A stretch of DNA of 64,000 bases from assembly GCA_047967505.1 (NCBI GenBank), contig CM106538.1. One strand, 5' to 3'. Numbering within the stretch: position 1 is the stretch's first letter; the number at the start of each line of letters is the position of its first letter. The stretch comes from Dipteris shenzhenensis. Its lineage: Eukaryota. Below the pieces are notes generated by a model, which was given only the letters and a program-made list of their open reading frames with translations, had not been told where the DNA came from and searched no databases. This document shows positions 34,321 to 48,510 of the stretch, piece after piece. A program made the position numbers and the translations under genes.

Positions 34321-36929
34321 CTTGGGGGGTTCACCTCAAAAAAATTTAGTATACCTAGTGCATTCAAAAGGAGGGATATTTTAATTCCACTTTTTGAAAA
34401 ATTTTAACAGGATTACAATAACAGGAGGGGTTTTGAAATATAACTTTAGAAAAAAATCACTTAGCTCATAAGTAAAGAGGGGTGTTTTGATTTGGGAAAA
34501 AATTTAAGTTGAGGGTTTTGTTAATACCACTTGAACACACGTGATACATACAATGATCTCCTTACCCTCCACACCTACTAGTCCTCCATCCTTCCCTACT
34601 CCTCCATGCCTGTTAGTCCTCCCACTCCATCCTTCCTCTTCAATTGTCGGTCCTCCCTCCTCCTTGCCCTCCCCTTCTTGTGTGCTGCTCCTTCAAGCCT
34701 GCTTCTCCACACCTTCTTCTTCTCTACACTCCTTTACTCATGGCACCATTCGAGGATGTCTATAACAAGTACCAAGCTCACTTAGAGTTGGAGGCTGAAT
34801 ATGCAAGCACATGTAGTCTGGGATTGAGGGAAGCTTCCAAGATCCACAGTATTCTTTGCAAGGAAAGAAGCATCTCGACCTTTGGGTAGAAGGATCCTTG
34901 TATCATTTATATCTTGCCAACCAAAAGAGCCCTCTTTTCATACAATGCATGAGCTAGTTTGGTTTATTCGAAATGGACATGCAGGGTTGCTTGGTTATTG
35001 CAATCAATTAGACAATGCTCAAACAATGGCTATGCAAGCAAGCGAGATGTGTAGATCCCAAGGAAAGCAACTAGTTCATTTAGGAAATAGCACCATTGTT
35101 GGAATGCATAACTCTATGCAGGAGCTTCAAAGGTAGAAACAATCTTCATGATAAATCCAAAACATTGGACTTGGAGTGACATAAATTACAAGAGTTGCTC
35201 TATAAGCTATCTGAAACCAAAAAAGTCTTGGAAAGGTCTATATACAATCAAGTTCAATGAGCCATAGAGAAGGAACGAGAGAAGGCAAAAGAACGAGTGC
35301 AAAAGATGAAAGAAACACCTTTGGGATTGAAGGATAGGAAAAGAAGGTACTTACATAACATGGATGTATTGGCACCCACTCATGGTGCTAGAAAGAGGAG
35401 AATCTAGGCTACAAGGTTGGGTCATTGTTTGCTTGGATGTAGCCATTTTTGGTGAGATTCAGGGACTTTTCTATATTTAGATATCTTGCATGACCCATAA
35501 CTTATGCATTGCTCAATGGAATTTGGCAAACTTTGTCTTCAAGTTGTAGTACAAATTCCAAGCTTGAACATGAGAGCAAAAATTTATGGAATAAGGATTT
35601 GGAATGAGACCATTAAAGCATTACAAGTGCTAGGTTGCATGTGAAGCATGCATCCTGAAGACTATAGGATATAATAATTTATTCAAAAACATCAAAATTT
35701 TATTCTATACATACATGCAACCAAGTAATCATTCAAAAGTACACTATGTGAGGTTCTCCTCAACCTAAGGACACACCTAAATGAGATCATTATACATGGG
35801 TTAACAGGCCTCCAATGTTGTGCTAAAGTGATGCATGCCCATTTGAGGGCGACCTCTATAACTTTTTGTTTATTTGTCGAAAACCAAAACGGATTGAAAA
35901 TTTGGAATCCAAACTATTGGGACTAGTGCATGGTGGTCTTAAAGCATTGATAGTTGTTAGTATTGGTATCTAGATCTACCCTAAAATGGAAGAAGTTGGA
36001 AAAGTGCAGTTTCTGCATGTGCAAAGATATTTTAATAAATCCAACACTATTTACAATTTTGAATTGTTTCTTCTTCCATGCACTTGCTTGCTATATGGCT
36101 CATACACATGCCAAAGGTCATTGCATTTAATAATACATAGCATCAAATCCGATAGCGTGCCCTTTGGCCTATTTGTGTTTTGAAGCATTTTAGGCCACAT
36201 TGCACTTGTTTGGGATATCCAATTCTGTTGACATGTATTGCTAGAGGGCGGAAAACCAGCGGCTGAAATTTTGCTACTCCCATGAATTTCAATTTTTCAC
36301 ACCTCCTGCCCATCAAAGCTTGGAAGATTAGGTAGCTGCAACTTGCCCCCACCTTGCAAATGCCCTGCAACCCACACACACCTCAACATGACCTCGTACA
36401 TACTTTGGTTTGCCATTGTCTTCTTTCAGGTAAGTTGTCTTCTATTCTTTGCTCCCCTCACCAGCTAGCTTCTCTATTTTGGATTGCATGGCCATGGCAC
36501 AATGGCAACATGTAGCTTGCCATGGCTTGCAAGAGAAGCAGACAGAGGCTATGAGACAAGAAAGCCAAAAAACTAGGTCAAGGCACAAGGAACAGAGTGT
36601 GGGTCAAGGAAAGCATTGGCATGGTATCAAATCAGCAACGGAAGACACTTTTGCAACATCTGTGAAGGGAGAAACAATGAGAAGAAAGAAGACTCCTTGT
36701 AGAGCAGTAGCAATAGCAAGAAGCGCTTGCAGATGCACGCATTCGATCATTGCCACCATCAGAGCGAAGAATATGAGCTGTGCTATCATGATTGGTGGGA
36801 GCATTTGAGGCAGCAACATCAGGCCATTCAGGTGATTACCAGTCTCAAGCCTTCACACGCTTTAGCCTGCACCCTAAAGTTCATAGAGTAACAACCCTAC
36901 CAACACCTCAGGAGATGCACACCCGAGGT

Positions 36930-39900
36930 GATGCTCTCTAATCTGAGAAATGGCCTACAAAAAGTGAAAGGGGTGCACAGCTTAGATCAACTAGCTGCAA
37001 CATTAGCTATGTTGATGTCCCCTAAAACAAAGGAGAAATGGCTTGGGCACACAATGTTGAAGACACTACCAATCAGAAGGACCAACATGGCTCTAGCATA
37101 GTTGAACGTAGAGTAGAAGCAATGTATGATCATCCCGATCCAAGAAGTCTGTGGGCTTCAACAAAACGTAAGAAAAAGGAGAGACAGCCTAAGTGCAAAA
37201 GTCATTGCCACAGTGACGATGTTTTGGCATGAAAATATGAGAGTTTCTCCAAATAGAAAGGACATATATAAGAAGTGGACAGGATGCAAGGTGGAGCACA
37301 TCATACACATGCTAGATACAACACATGTCAGTGGTGCCGAAACCAGCCCGGTAGTTGCTTGTGATTGAGATTTGGGATAGTTTACTTGTTTCATTTCTTA
37401 AACCAGGCTTAGACTAAATGTGATTGTCCTAAACTAGCCCAGTGGTTGGAACATCATGCAACCATATGCTGGTTCAGCTCAATTGCTAGTTATATGATTG
37501 TTTTGAACGAACGTGGTTGAGTAGACATTAGTTATTGTCTAGCCCAGTGGCATGGCTGAGCAATTAACAACAATATGTTTCGCAATATATTATTATTTTA
37601 CTAAACCAACCTGGTGGTTGGAACATCATGCAACCGTAGCTACTTCAGCTCAATCACCAGTTATGTGATTGTCTTGAACCAGCATGGTTGAACAGACACT
37701 AGTTATTGACAAGCCCAGTGGTTGAAATTATTGTGTTTCGTAGTACTTAAATTCGTTAAATTTAATTTCTTGCTATTCAGGTCATATAGCACTATTAAAT
37801 TGTGAAATTCAGAAATGAAAAGCAATATATTGTTATTTTCTAATGGTGAAAGTTAGAAATGAAAATAGTATACTTCTTATTGTCTAATATGTTAAGTTGA
37901 GACTATCAGGCTAAACCATCCTGGTGGTTGAAACTGTGACAATGTCCTAAACCATCCCGGTGGTTGAAATTGTGACTGTCCTACACGTGCCCTAAACTAG
38001 CCCAATGGTTGACTATCCTAAACATGTCCTAAACCAGCCCAGTGATTGAAATTGTCACTGTCCTAAACCAGCGCAGTGGTTGAAATTTGTTTTGCTTCAT
38101 TATATACTTTAATTAGACTGTATTTTGTATCCTTTTAGTAGTAGCAAAAAAGGGGCTCATTGTTTTGTTGTTCCCGCATGTTGGGTTAGCAAACAGAGTT
38201 GTATCTCAAGTTTATGGATCAAAATTCAGACATTTCATTTGGGTAGAGGAGCTTTGAGCATTGTAAGCCCTAGTACATCAGGAAACTCAAAGACAGGAAT
38301 GTTTATTGTTCCAAAAAACACATAGACTTTGACTTGGCCCGGCAAGCTATGAATGACTTGAGATCTGGTCGTGTTGGAGCATTACCATGGGGATTGATGC
38401 CCATGCCTCCCCAATGAATGCACAGTCTGTAGGCCACCTAGATCCTCATCATGTGTTGTAAGGGAGGGTAGGCTTTGTAGCCTAAGGTCTCTGTGGGAGC
38501 CACTGGTTTGTCCAAAGGGAGACCATGAGTGGCACAGGATTGAATGCATTCACGGCACATGTAAGCATTGCAGTTTGAAACTGAAGAAGAAGACATTCAA
38601 TGTCTGTCCAAATGAAATGAGGGAAGACAACCATGTTGCTCTAAAATGGAGGAGATTTAAAAATATCAATGTTGAAGGATCTGATAAAAAGAGATGGCTA
38701 CTGTCATATAAGACCACCCAGCCAAGGGAGCTTGTAGGTCACGTGGTTCAATCCATCCCAAAATATGTGCTTCATAATTTCATGGCCAACTGGCAGGATA
38801 AGCAGTTTAGGACATGCCTTGCCAATTTTCCCCATGACACTATTGTATTTGTCATAGATTTTGTAGAAAATTATTCTTTTCAAAAACAAGATGAGATACA
38901 AAGTGCTCACTGGTGGTACAAGCAGATAACAATTCTTGTGCACATCACATATAGTCATTTGCTTGATTCTTCCATGCCTAATGCCAATCTGCTTGTTGAC
39001 TCACAGGAGTCCAAGTTGGTGCAATGCATAGTACCATTTCTACATTTCACATGATAGGGAACCCTATTTGTGCAACATGCTTTTCTACTGCATTGGGAAT
39101 GGTTGAAAAAGGAAAATCCCCATGCAAAAAATATAAAAAAACATTGGGTGTGGTTAGATGGTGCTACCTCTCAATTTAAATCAACACATGGATTCTACTT
39201 CATCTCAAGGTTCAAATCCCTGACCGGTCTAGCCATGATGTGGAATTTCTTTGGGTCTAGCCATGGCAAGGGTGAACATGATGGATGCAGTGCTGTTATT
39301 AAGAAATCTCTATTTAAACACCAATTAGCATGCCCTCAAGAAAAACTCAATGCCCATGATGCTATAACATGACTTATAGCAAACCTCTCCACAGGTGTGC
39401 ATTCAACATACACTAAACAAATCCTTAAGAATACTATAGTATGCAGAGTGTTCCATGAAGTGAAAGTGGATGAAGTGCAAAGGAGAAGCCGGCACAATTG
39501 CGAGAAAATTAAAGGAGTTCGTGGTCTGCATAACATATGGGGCTTTTCAAACAACCAAATGATTAAAACAAGAAAACTTTCTTGTTTCTACAGTGCGTAC
39601 ATCATAAGGGATCATGACGATTGTGAGAACATTGCAACTGTGAAGACATGGGAGCGAGTTCAAGTTTTCCCTCTACATTCAGATGGAGTGACAAACAATG
39701 GAGAGACAAACGACTCGCCACAGTTTAGGGAGAGTTTTGATGACCTCACTGACTGTCTAGAAGAGGGGGATAATGTTGCAATTGTTGCAGATTCTAGGAA
39801 GAACGAGGAAGATGACCCATACTTTCTATTGCAATGCACAAAACCTAAGTACAAGGTTGAGGAAACATTTAAGGATAATTGGGAAACAACCTATGAGAAG

Positions 39901-40130
39901 AATGTCGGAGCTTTTTGGTAGAAAAAAACATCCAAGAGAGGTCGCACTTACGAACTGCTACATAAGAGTCCACAAACATGTACTCTCATCTAGTAAGAGA
40001 TATTAAGTTCCAGATGCAACCTGTGCCACAATGAAAGAAGGGCAAGAGTGTCTTCAAATTGGATTTAGACACCCATGAGCATATCTTGGGGTGTGTTCTA
40101 GTGGCAGTGGATGAGGATGACTGAGATAGT
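36930..40130 (+). pseudogene. Sola2-type DDD transposase, degenerate, with intervening repeat-rich intron
   Basis: IDFVENYSF...DEIQSAHW, WLDGATSQFKS, FFGSSHGKGEHDG; upstream ENMRVSPNRKD. Confidence 0.75.
37400..38090. repeat. Dispersed and tandem short repeats (AAACCAGCCCAGTGGTTG core) with a ~190-bp duplication
   Basis: Repeated CCAGTGGTTG / CCGGTGGTTG; 37441-~37545 recurs at 37613-~37722. Confidence 0.8.
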
Positions 40131-41284
40131 ACTAGGAAAATGTATGTAGTCTTATTGCAAGAAAACAATATGTCTACTTGTCCTACAAAATGAAATTTGT
40201 ATTTGAAACCGCTTCTTTTTAGTATATCCCAAACAACCACCATGCTAGTTTTATAAAATTATTTTTGTAAATCCCAAATGATAAATCCCATGCTTGTTTT
40301 TAGTATATCCCAACAACCACCGTGCTGGTTTTCCATAACGAATCCACACATACTACAAATCTATTCATCTTGTAATAATAGATGCAAACCACCGCATTGG
40401 TGGCTGTTAATATCCTAGTGCAAACCAACTACCATGTTGGCGATAACTTATCCTGCACTACTACCGTGCTATCCCTACACTACTGCCATGCTATCTACAT
40501 TGCACTTAAATAGGGAGAGAGTTCATTGAGCCCAATCTTCTCAATCTTCAATCTCATGTTAGATTGGTAATCAAAATCTTTGAGTTCATTGAGCCCGGCC
40601 TTTTCATTCTTCATTCTCATATTAGTTGTCTAATCGAAATCTTTTGTCTCACATTAGTTGTCTAATCAAAATCTTTCGTCTCACATTACTTCACTAATCG
40701 AAATCTTTCAGTCTCACATTAGTAATCTAATCGAAATATTTTGTCTCAAATTACTTGTCAAAGCAAAATCTTTCATCTCATTATTATCACCATACTAGCA
40801 TGGATCAAAGGACACTATCTAGTCACATAGCTTAGAAAACATTTCCCAAGTAAACTCTGGAGAAGATTAACAATTCAATAGATTACACATAGATTACATA
40901 GATTACAATATCAAAGACTCCTTTACTTCAGATTACATCTCAAGGACTCCTTGTTGAGCTCCCTAATTGCAGGCTCAACCCTCCTTGCTCCTTTCCAAAA
41001 TGGGGCTCGTTCCTTCTTGCAGGGGACCGGCCCCTCCCTTCATGCCGCTTCCTCTTTCCTTGATTTGAGCTTCCTAGTTGCAGGCTCGACCCTTCTTGCT
41101 CCTTTTCTAAAGGGGGCTGGTTCCTCCCTTCAGACTCCTTTTCCTCGCAGTCAGGCTCCCCGGTCTTGGCCTTCTTCAATTTGAGCTCATTGTCTTTAAG
41201 ATCTTTTGCCCAAATGGCAAATTGAGCTGCAACATCTACTTTCTCATCGTAGATAGCTGTAGCAGGCAGGCACATTTGATCTTT

Positions 41285-43040
41285 CTATAACCTGGGCAAT
41301 GGCAAATGGCATTCTCTACACCTAGATTTTATATGCTGAAACACTCCAAAGCAAAAAAAGTTCATAGGATAGTAGCACGCAGGCCATCGAATACAGCAAT
41401 CATCTATGATGGGGGTATGGTAGACCATGCACTTCAGACCTTGCTGCATAGCAGGATATGCATCCGATTTAACTATTGCAGCTATTAATACCACAGTCTT
41501 GCTCTGTACATGACAAAGTTGCTTCTTGATTCCCTCCTTCCTCATCCTAAGGCTACGGATGTTCTCCTTCATCTCCTCCACTTTTTGCTCACTCTGTGCA
41601 ATAGCTTCATCTAAATCCCTCAACATTTGTTGAAGCTACGTAAATTACTGAAAAACATCTTCATGGGCTGTTTCCAAGACTTCCACTCTAGTTTGGAAAT
41701 CTTTCAAAACGACGGACTACTTTTCATTATTGTCAAAAGCCACGGCAAGCTCATGCACACATTTTATCGTGATCTTCATGCAGGCTCCTTTAGCTTGCTC
41801 TTTGGACTTCTAATAGTGTTTCAAAAAAACAACCCTCACCATGGCTGCTGCAAATTGCTCCACAATGGTGGCTAGAACTTGCTCCATCGTGGCTGCTCTC
41901 TGCATCCTTCTTGGCCTAGGGAGTTGCCTCATTGTCTTCTCTACCCCGGCTACTCTATGCCCCATCCTTCCTAGCCTTGAAGCTCTCTCGCAGTTCCTGC
42001 ATTCCCTTTCTGGTTTCTGCATTCTCCCTTTTCAGCTCCTCCATCATCTAGTCTTTTTCAATGTTCAATACATTTTGCATGCCACAGAGCCGTTTGTAAA
42101 GACCCTCCTTTTTGGCTCTCTGATATTCAAGATCCTTTCACATCTTTTCTAGCTCCTTGTCTACCATGTCCCTATCATTTCTCACTTCTTCGAGCCTATC
42201 TCGGAGCTCCTTCATGCGCTTCTCTGCTTCTTCTCTTCTATGCCTTTCCATGTCGACCAATTTTGTAGCGGCCTCAACTTGCTCTTGTGCTTGCAAGGCC
42301 CTCGCTTATGCCTCCTCTACCTTGGCTTTTGCACCTTCCCAAAGACTTTTCTCAAGTTGTGTTGCCTTTGCTGCATCAGTGGCTTTCTCTTGTAGAAAAG
42401 TCACCTTCTGAGACATTTACTTATCGTATTGCTCAAAATTCCCTTTGAGGGTAGATGCCATCAGTGCATTGCAACTCCAACGATTGAGATGATAATTGGG
42501 ATTTGCCATCCATGCAATTCTTCAGGTTGGTTGACACACTCTTGGAGATTGCCCTTGAGAAAGATACATCACGTCCTTTTAGTTGCTCTACTGCTGCTTG
42601 AACCTACCAGAACCTGTAGGTTTCTCTTGTAATAGGAAAGAAGTGAATGGTCTTCTAAGTTCTTTAGCACATCTTGGAGGTCTCTTGGCAAGCTCGAAAT
42701 CTTGACTCCACCATCTTTACTAATCTAAGCATTGGGGTGTACATCTAGAATATCCTATCTCTCACTTCTTCTCAAAAAAGTGTGCTTGCAAACTGCCTCC
42801 AGAAATTCCTAAAGCATTTTCAATCACGCTTTCATTGATGGTGATCTTCTGACCTTGATAGACTAGTTGCCCCTCCTTCACGTTCACCTCCTGTACCAAC
42901 CTAGTGAAGTTTTGGAGAGCATCCAAATTGGGCTTTTGAAGAGCAAAAGAGGAGCTCCCATATGTCACGATTGAAGATCAGGGGAGGAGGGACTCTCGCA
43001 CTGTGCTGCAGAGGGGGAGGAAAGATTGTGTGAGGAGCTC
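41285..43040 (-). pseudogene. Degenerate transposon-associated gene: plant-transposon-protein-like N-terminus, coiled coil, C-terminal RING-like finger
   Basis: QGQKITINESVIENALGI; E/K-rich coil; CMVYHTPI...ACYYPMNFFC...CREC. Confidence 0.45.
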
Positions 43041-43064
43041 CCGAACTATGCAGGGCCCATTATG

Positions 43065-43320
43065 AGAGGGGATAGAAGTTGCAGGAAGAGCGCAAGGGAG
43101 ATAGAAATGGTCAAGAGGGATAGAAGATAAAACACTGAAGGAAATGGAATAGTGGAGGCTTGAGTTTGCATTCTGATTGCAAGGGATAAAGAAATGGTCG
43201 AGAGGGATAGAAGATGAAGCAGTGAAGGAAATGCAATAGTGGAGGCTTGAGATTGCAAGGGAGAATGAAACGGTTGAGAGGGATAGAAGATGAAACAGTT
43301 AAGGAAATGGAATAGTGATT
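43065..43320. repeat. ~75-80-bp imperfect tandem repeat x3
   Basis: GAGGGATAGAAGATGAAACAGTGAAGGAAATGGAATAGTG recurring. Confidence 0.8.
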
Positions 43321-44540
43321 CATAGCCTGACAACATTGTCAAGGTGAGAGCCACCGCGGTGGTTGTAGCCTAACTACTGTAAAGGTGAGAGCTACCACCA
43401 CTGTGGCTAGCCCGAATTTTGATTAATTCAAGGTAAAAGTACTGAGCTGCATGGTAATGAATGATTAGAGATGGTTGTATCTAAGATCCAGCCAACCACG
43501 TCCGTGGTGGCGGCTAAGACCCACCAAGCTAGCAGTTAATTACCAGCCACCACAGTGGCCCGCAATTACTCAGCTTCTAGTTACCACCATCGAGCTTTCA
43601 TGCATGATTACTACGAGTGCAATAAATTACCAGTCACCAAACTTGCATGCTCAGGAGAGTACTAGAGTGCATGGTAATGAGGGATGAGGTGATTAGGCTT
43701 CATGATTTACTTTTGTGGGAATTACTACCCGATGGTGGTGGCTCTCATCACCCACGTCTATTGGGCTAAGATTCCACCAGGCTGGTAGTTAATTACCAGT
43801 CATCAGAGTGGCACCACATGGCATTTTCTTCATGATTACCAGCCCACCGTCTAGGGTGGTGCCTAAGATTCCACCACAGTGGGTTGCAATTAATATGGAT
43901 GGAACCCTGGGCTCCAGCCACCATGGTGGCTCGAACTTTATAATATATATAAGATCCGTGGCATTTGGCATTTTACTACATTGCTCTAATATGCCCATGC
44001 TCTGCTACTTTTCTCCACATGCTCTACTACTTTGCTCCACACCCCTCCTCTAACTCTTTTTAGCCCCTGCTCTATTTTACTTCATGCTCCCTCCTCTAGC
44101 TCTCATCACTCATCTACTCCCCTGCTACTCACCCACTCATCTTCAGCATGTCTACTACCACCCCCCTCTCATCACTCATCTACTCCCCTGCTACTCACCC
44201 ACTCATCTTCAGCATGTTTGCTACCTATAATCTTTTGGCCTTAAGGCTCTCAGCAATTGTCGAGTTTTTATAAATGTAAGATCCTCGGTATAAGTTGAAA
44301 ATTTTTATATAACCTATTATTGGACATAGATGTACATTATAATCTCTTTTGCTCAATTTTCACTCGATAAATTATACTTTTTTCCTCATTTATATTTATT
44401 GCAACAAGGACTAAAATTAGTAGAAAAGAAGGACTATGATTCCCTTGGTTTATGACCAAAATAGCACTAAAATAATTCCAACGATCCCACCGTTGTGGTT
44501 GCATGGAGATACATTTAAAAAAATAAAATTAAACTTTCAA

Positions 44541-44706
44541 AAAATGCAATTGACGATATAACCCTTAAGGGGTCCCCTCTAGTGGCAAGGGCCATATTGA
44601 CGTGTATTATAAAATATCCAGGATGCCATTGTATAGAAATAGCATGTTGATATGGCCCTTGCCCCTAAAGGGGACCCCTCAAGGGCCATATCATCAATTG
44701 CATTTT
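44541..44706. repeat. Hairpin or MITE-like inverted repeat (~64-bp arms)
   Basis: AAAATGCAATTGACGATAT...GGCAAGGGCCATAT pairs with ATATGGCCCTTGCC...ATCAATTGCATTTT. Confidence 0.85.
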
Positions 44707-45659
44707 GCTTGGTTGCATAATGGAATACATTTTCCTTGGTACACAAATATATAACTCAAAGAGCTAGTGCGGTGGCTTTCATAGATCTCCTTCTGTTTGC
44801 CAGTGCACTGATCATCATAGACCTCCTCCTGTAATACTTAAAATAGGCAACGGAGCTATAACTCCAAGAACCATCACAGTGGTCTCTCTAAGATAACCTT
44901 GAATTCTGGGTGATGATAGGGCGTCAGGCTAGAGACTGCGCTAAGGCAATGCTCAGAATGATAGATTGTGTCATAATATTTCCAAAAACTAGTGCCGTGG
45001 TCTCTTCAAGCCAACCTATGATTTGCATGAGCTGCAAGAAAAGATGCAGCAAAAGGTTACACGATGATAGGTGGTCAAGCCACAACAGTGTTCAAAATGA
45101 TAGATTGCATCTAATTATTATGCCAAGAACCAACACGGTGGTCTCTCCGAGCCAACCTTCAATTTTAATGATCTGCATGGGTGCGGTGCCCAGTGACAGG
45201 TGGCAAAGCTGAGGCAAAAGGCTGCATGATGATAAGTGATCAGGTAGCATAGGCCAGAGACTACGCTACATGAACCAATGGAGAGATGTCGTGTGTCGAG
45301 CTATGTGGTGTTCAGAACAAATAAATTGCGTCTCATTATTATGCCAGTGTGCCTTCATGACGTCGTAAAAACTTTCGACGAGAGTGTGGGTCCATGGAAA
45401 ATGCAAATATTCACACAAGAGCATGGATCCATGCCTCAAAAATAGTTTCGCAATTGGCTACACCCAAGCAAACGTTGACCCGGTTCATTATCAAATGTTC
45501 CAATGAAATTATACTCTTTTGTACCACACTATTTGTGACTAAGTTTTGCTTGTCTTCTTCTTTAGGAACTTCATGGAAGATGTGATGGGAAGAACGGACG
45601 GGGATGTTCATTTGCTCTAGCCAGTTTATTGAAGTCAAGTGATGTCACTGGGATACTAA

Positions 45660-46375
45660 GGGACCCGACACAAGCGCCTACTTGTGCAAGTTGCTGAAGA
45701 GGTGATGAAGGACTTCAACGGCATTCAAGACACAAAGGATATGCTTACAGCTTGTGATACTACCAGTGTAAGTCGTGAAGCTTACATATCTATTTTTGAA
45801 TTTTTCAAGTATGCTATTTTGGAAAAGTATAGGAAGTCTACAGTACCCCTACTCACACCTTGGTCTATGAGACGTGCACAGTGAGAAACAAACCAACGTG
45901 CAAGAGAAATGCTTGGAGGATACCATTGCATAAGGGACACAATGACTTGGAAGATAAAAACAAATCTAGTTTTCAAACCTTTGAGATCAGCAATGTGTGC
46001 TTAGATGTTGAGAAATTGTAACAAGCAATGGTCAAATTCTATGGCATGAGAGAAGATGGTAAGAGGAAATTCATAACAGCATTGCACTTTACTTAGCTCA
46101 TTTCCTATATCATGTTTATCCTAACAATTTCTCTCTTTTGTTGTACAAAATGCAATGGCAAGATCATATTTGTCATCAAAATGGATGAATCTCAATTGGT
46201 AAAAGAACACAAGTTAGAGAGAATGAGCATCTGCATTATGAGTAAAGCCTTAGCCTTTGTTCAAGGGAACGAGGAAGTATCTAGGAAGATTTCTTAGTGC
46301 AATCAGAGAAAGATATATGGTGGCTTGCAGCATTTGAGACTCCGAAGGAGTGCCATGAGACATTGAAGTGGATTC
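45660..46375 (+). pseudogene. Degenerate spliced coding fragment, possibly transposase-derived
   Basis: ACDTTSVSREAY, IFVIKMDESQLV...ERMSI, VQSEKDIWWLAAFETPKE; GT-AG intron ~46059-46150. Confidence 0.3.
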
Positions 46376-46915
46376 CTAAGTTGCATTAATTCACACATTT
46401 TTTTTCGATTCAAAAAAAATGCTTGAACTTGCATTTTTTACAATTTAAAACATTACAATTGATTTTTACCATTTTATTCGTACGAATAAGCCATTCATAT
46501 GAATAACTTTATTTGAACGAATAACACTGTTTATTCATATGAATAAAAGCTGTATAAAAAAAGAACCATTCTCATTTTTGGTATTCATACGAATATTGCC
46601 ACCTACCTTCCTTGCCACCTTAGCTACTTGCTTGCTAGCCTTGCTACCTCCTGCTTGCTTACGGTACCTTCTAGGCATCTATTGGTAACTGTTTGCTCTG
46701 ATACTTGGACCTTAGCCATAACCTATTGTGATGAGCCATCATATACGAGTTGCATCTTGGAATAGAAGGGATTTTGACCTAACCTCATTTATTTGAGAAA
46801 TGTGTTCATGCCAAAACAAAGGTGGAAATGGGAGAGACCAAAATTCCTTCCCAAATGGGCACACAAAGAATCTCATTCTTCGTCACCTTAACCACATGTT
46901 ATTACAAAAATTGCA

Positions 46916-47400
46916 CCATTAGGAAAAAAGGGAGCTCATTTTAGGGCCCTCAGAGAAATTCACGAATTTTTCATTTTTCTTTCCTCTAAAATAATAAAAT
47001 ATGGCATAACTCCACTAACATATAGTGCAGAATTTGGTATTTCTAACATCACCGTCCAAAGCGGGCCAAAACCTCTTAAAAGACTTTTGAAATAGGGAAA
47101 ACAGGCCCCAAGAGGCTCGAAAAAGGCCAAAAAGGCCCGAAAAGCCACCTGTACAAATGAAAGCGATTTGATAGGTTTGACTGGGCACACCAGTGATGTA
47201 AGAAAGACCAAATTATGCACCGTGCATTAGATATAATAAAGTATCTCAAGTATCCTCATTGAATGCAAACTCGAATGCATTTCTTTTGTTTTCCTTTTTC
47301 CAAATTTTTCAATGTTATGTTGCCCCTCCTTTGACTGGTGGAGGGCTATTTTCTTTCTTGACTAAAAGACCTCAAAATGAGCTCTCTTTTTTCCTAATGG
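46916..47400. repeat. Segment bounded by 27-bp inverted repeats (MITE-like)
   Basis: CCATTAGGAAAAAAGGGAGCTCATTTT vs AAAATGAGCTCTCTTTTTTCCTAATGG. Confidence 0.6.
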
Positions 47401-48510
47401 AATGCGGTGTTGTTGTAACAATGGAAATGTGCTCTCTGCGATCCCGGTTGAGATTTTGTACATCATATTCTTTTGGGATTATGATCAAAGTTTGTGTGTT
47501 GCGAGGTATTTATTTTGAGTGGTAGCAATACTAGTAAGTTGGAGGAAACTCCATGGATTCCTCTTTCCAACCATCAAAGGCATAACGTGCTCCAAGTTCA
47601 ACCTTTAGCTACTATGATGGATTGGGCACCATTTTCTAGCACATTCAAAGCATCTCAACCATCCATCTCTGGCAATTACCTCCTCCTTTACAATCGCACC
47701 CATCCCATAGATACCACCATCAAGCAGTAGAGCTTGCATCCTAGCATGATCTTACTAGCAACTCTTCTGAAGATTCATTTATCCTCCACTAAAGTGGCCT
47801 AATCTCCTTCATCAGCCTGCCAAACCTAATTCATCCCTGCTTGTTTGTCACTTTTAACAGATCCTTCCATAACAGAAATCTCTTTAGCAAGAATGATGCC
47901 TATGAGTTCCTGAGTATAAAAGCCTGAAGAGAGATCCCATGCCTTGCAATCTTAGACACTTCAAATCCGATGAAGTAATTGTCACAACAACACAAAGCAA
48001 CTATAGATGTGCTTGATAGACGCGCAAAATAGTAGGTGCATCTATAGGCATTGCTTGAATAGAGAAATTACGAGCGCATCTAATAGTGCATCTAAGAGCT
48101 CATCTATTTGCGCATGTATCGACACGTCTATTTGCACATCTACACTGAGAAAATATGGGCCTGTCTAACACTGCGTTTGTCAATGTGTCTATTTGCGTGT
48201 GTATTAGCATGTCTACACTGAGAATTAGACACGTATTTAGACGCAAAACAAAGAATACAGAAAGTGAGATTTTGGTGTACATCATTGCTTTCCAAACATT
48301 GCCCATGATTAGCAAAGCACATAATTTTAACAAAAACATCAATGCTTTTTTGCAAGCCCACATATACAAGAATTAAGTGAGGTGAGGAAAATGAGACAAT
48401 ATGTAAAATAGTTTTGCCAATATCAATGATGGGCTACAGTTCAATCTCATCCTCAATGAGATCAACCCTTGCCAAACTATCTACTTCAAAATCCAAACAA
48501 GTGTTTAGAT

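Noticed and set aside
33941-34384. Pro-rich ORFs
   Set aside because: Same low-complexity artefact
34740-35450. Coiled-coil-like coding remnant
   Set aside because: Fragmented with no recognisable motif; cannot support a call
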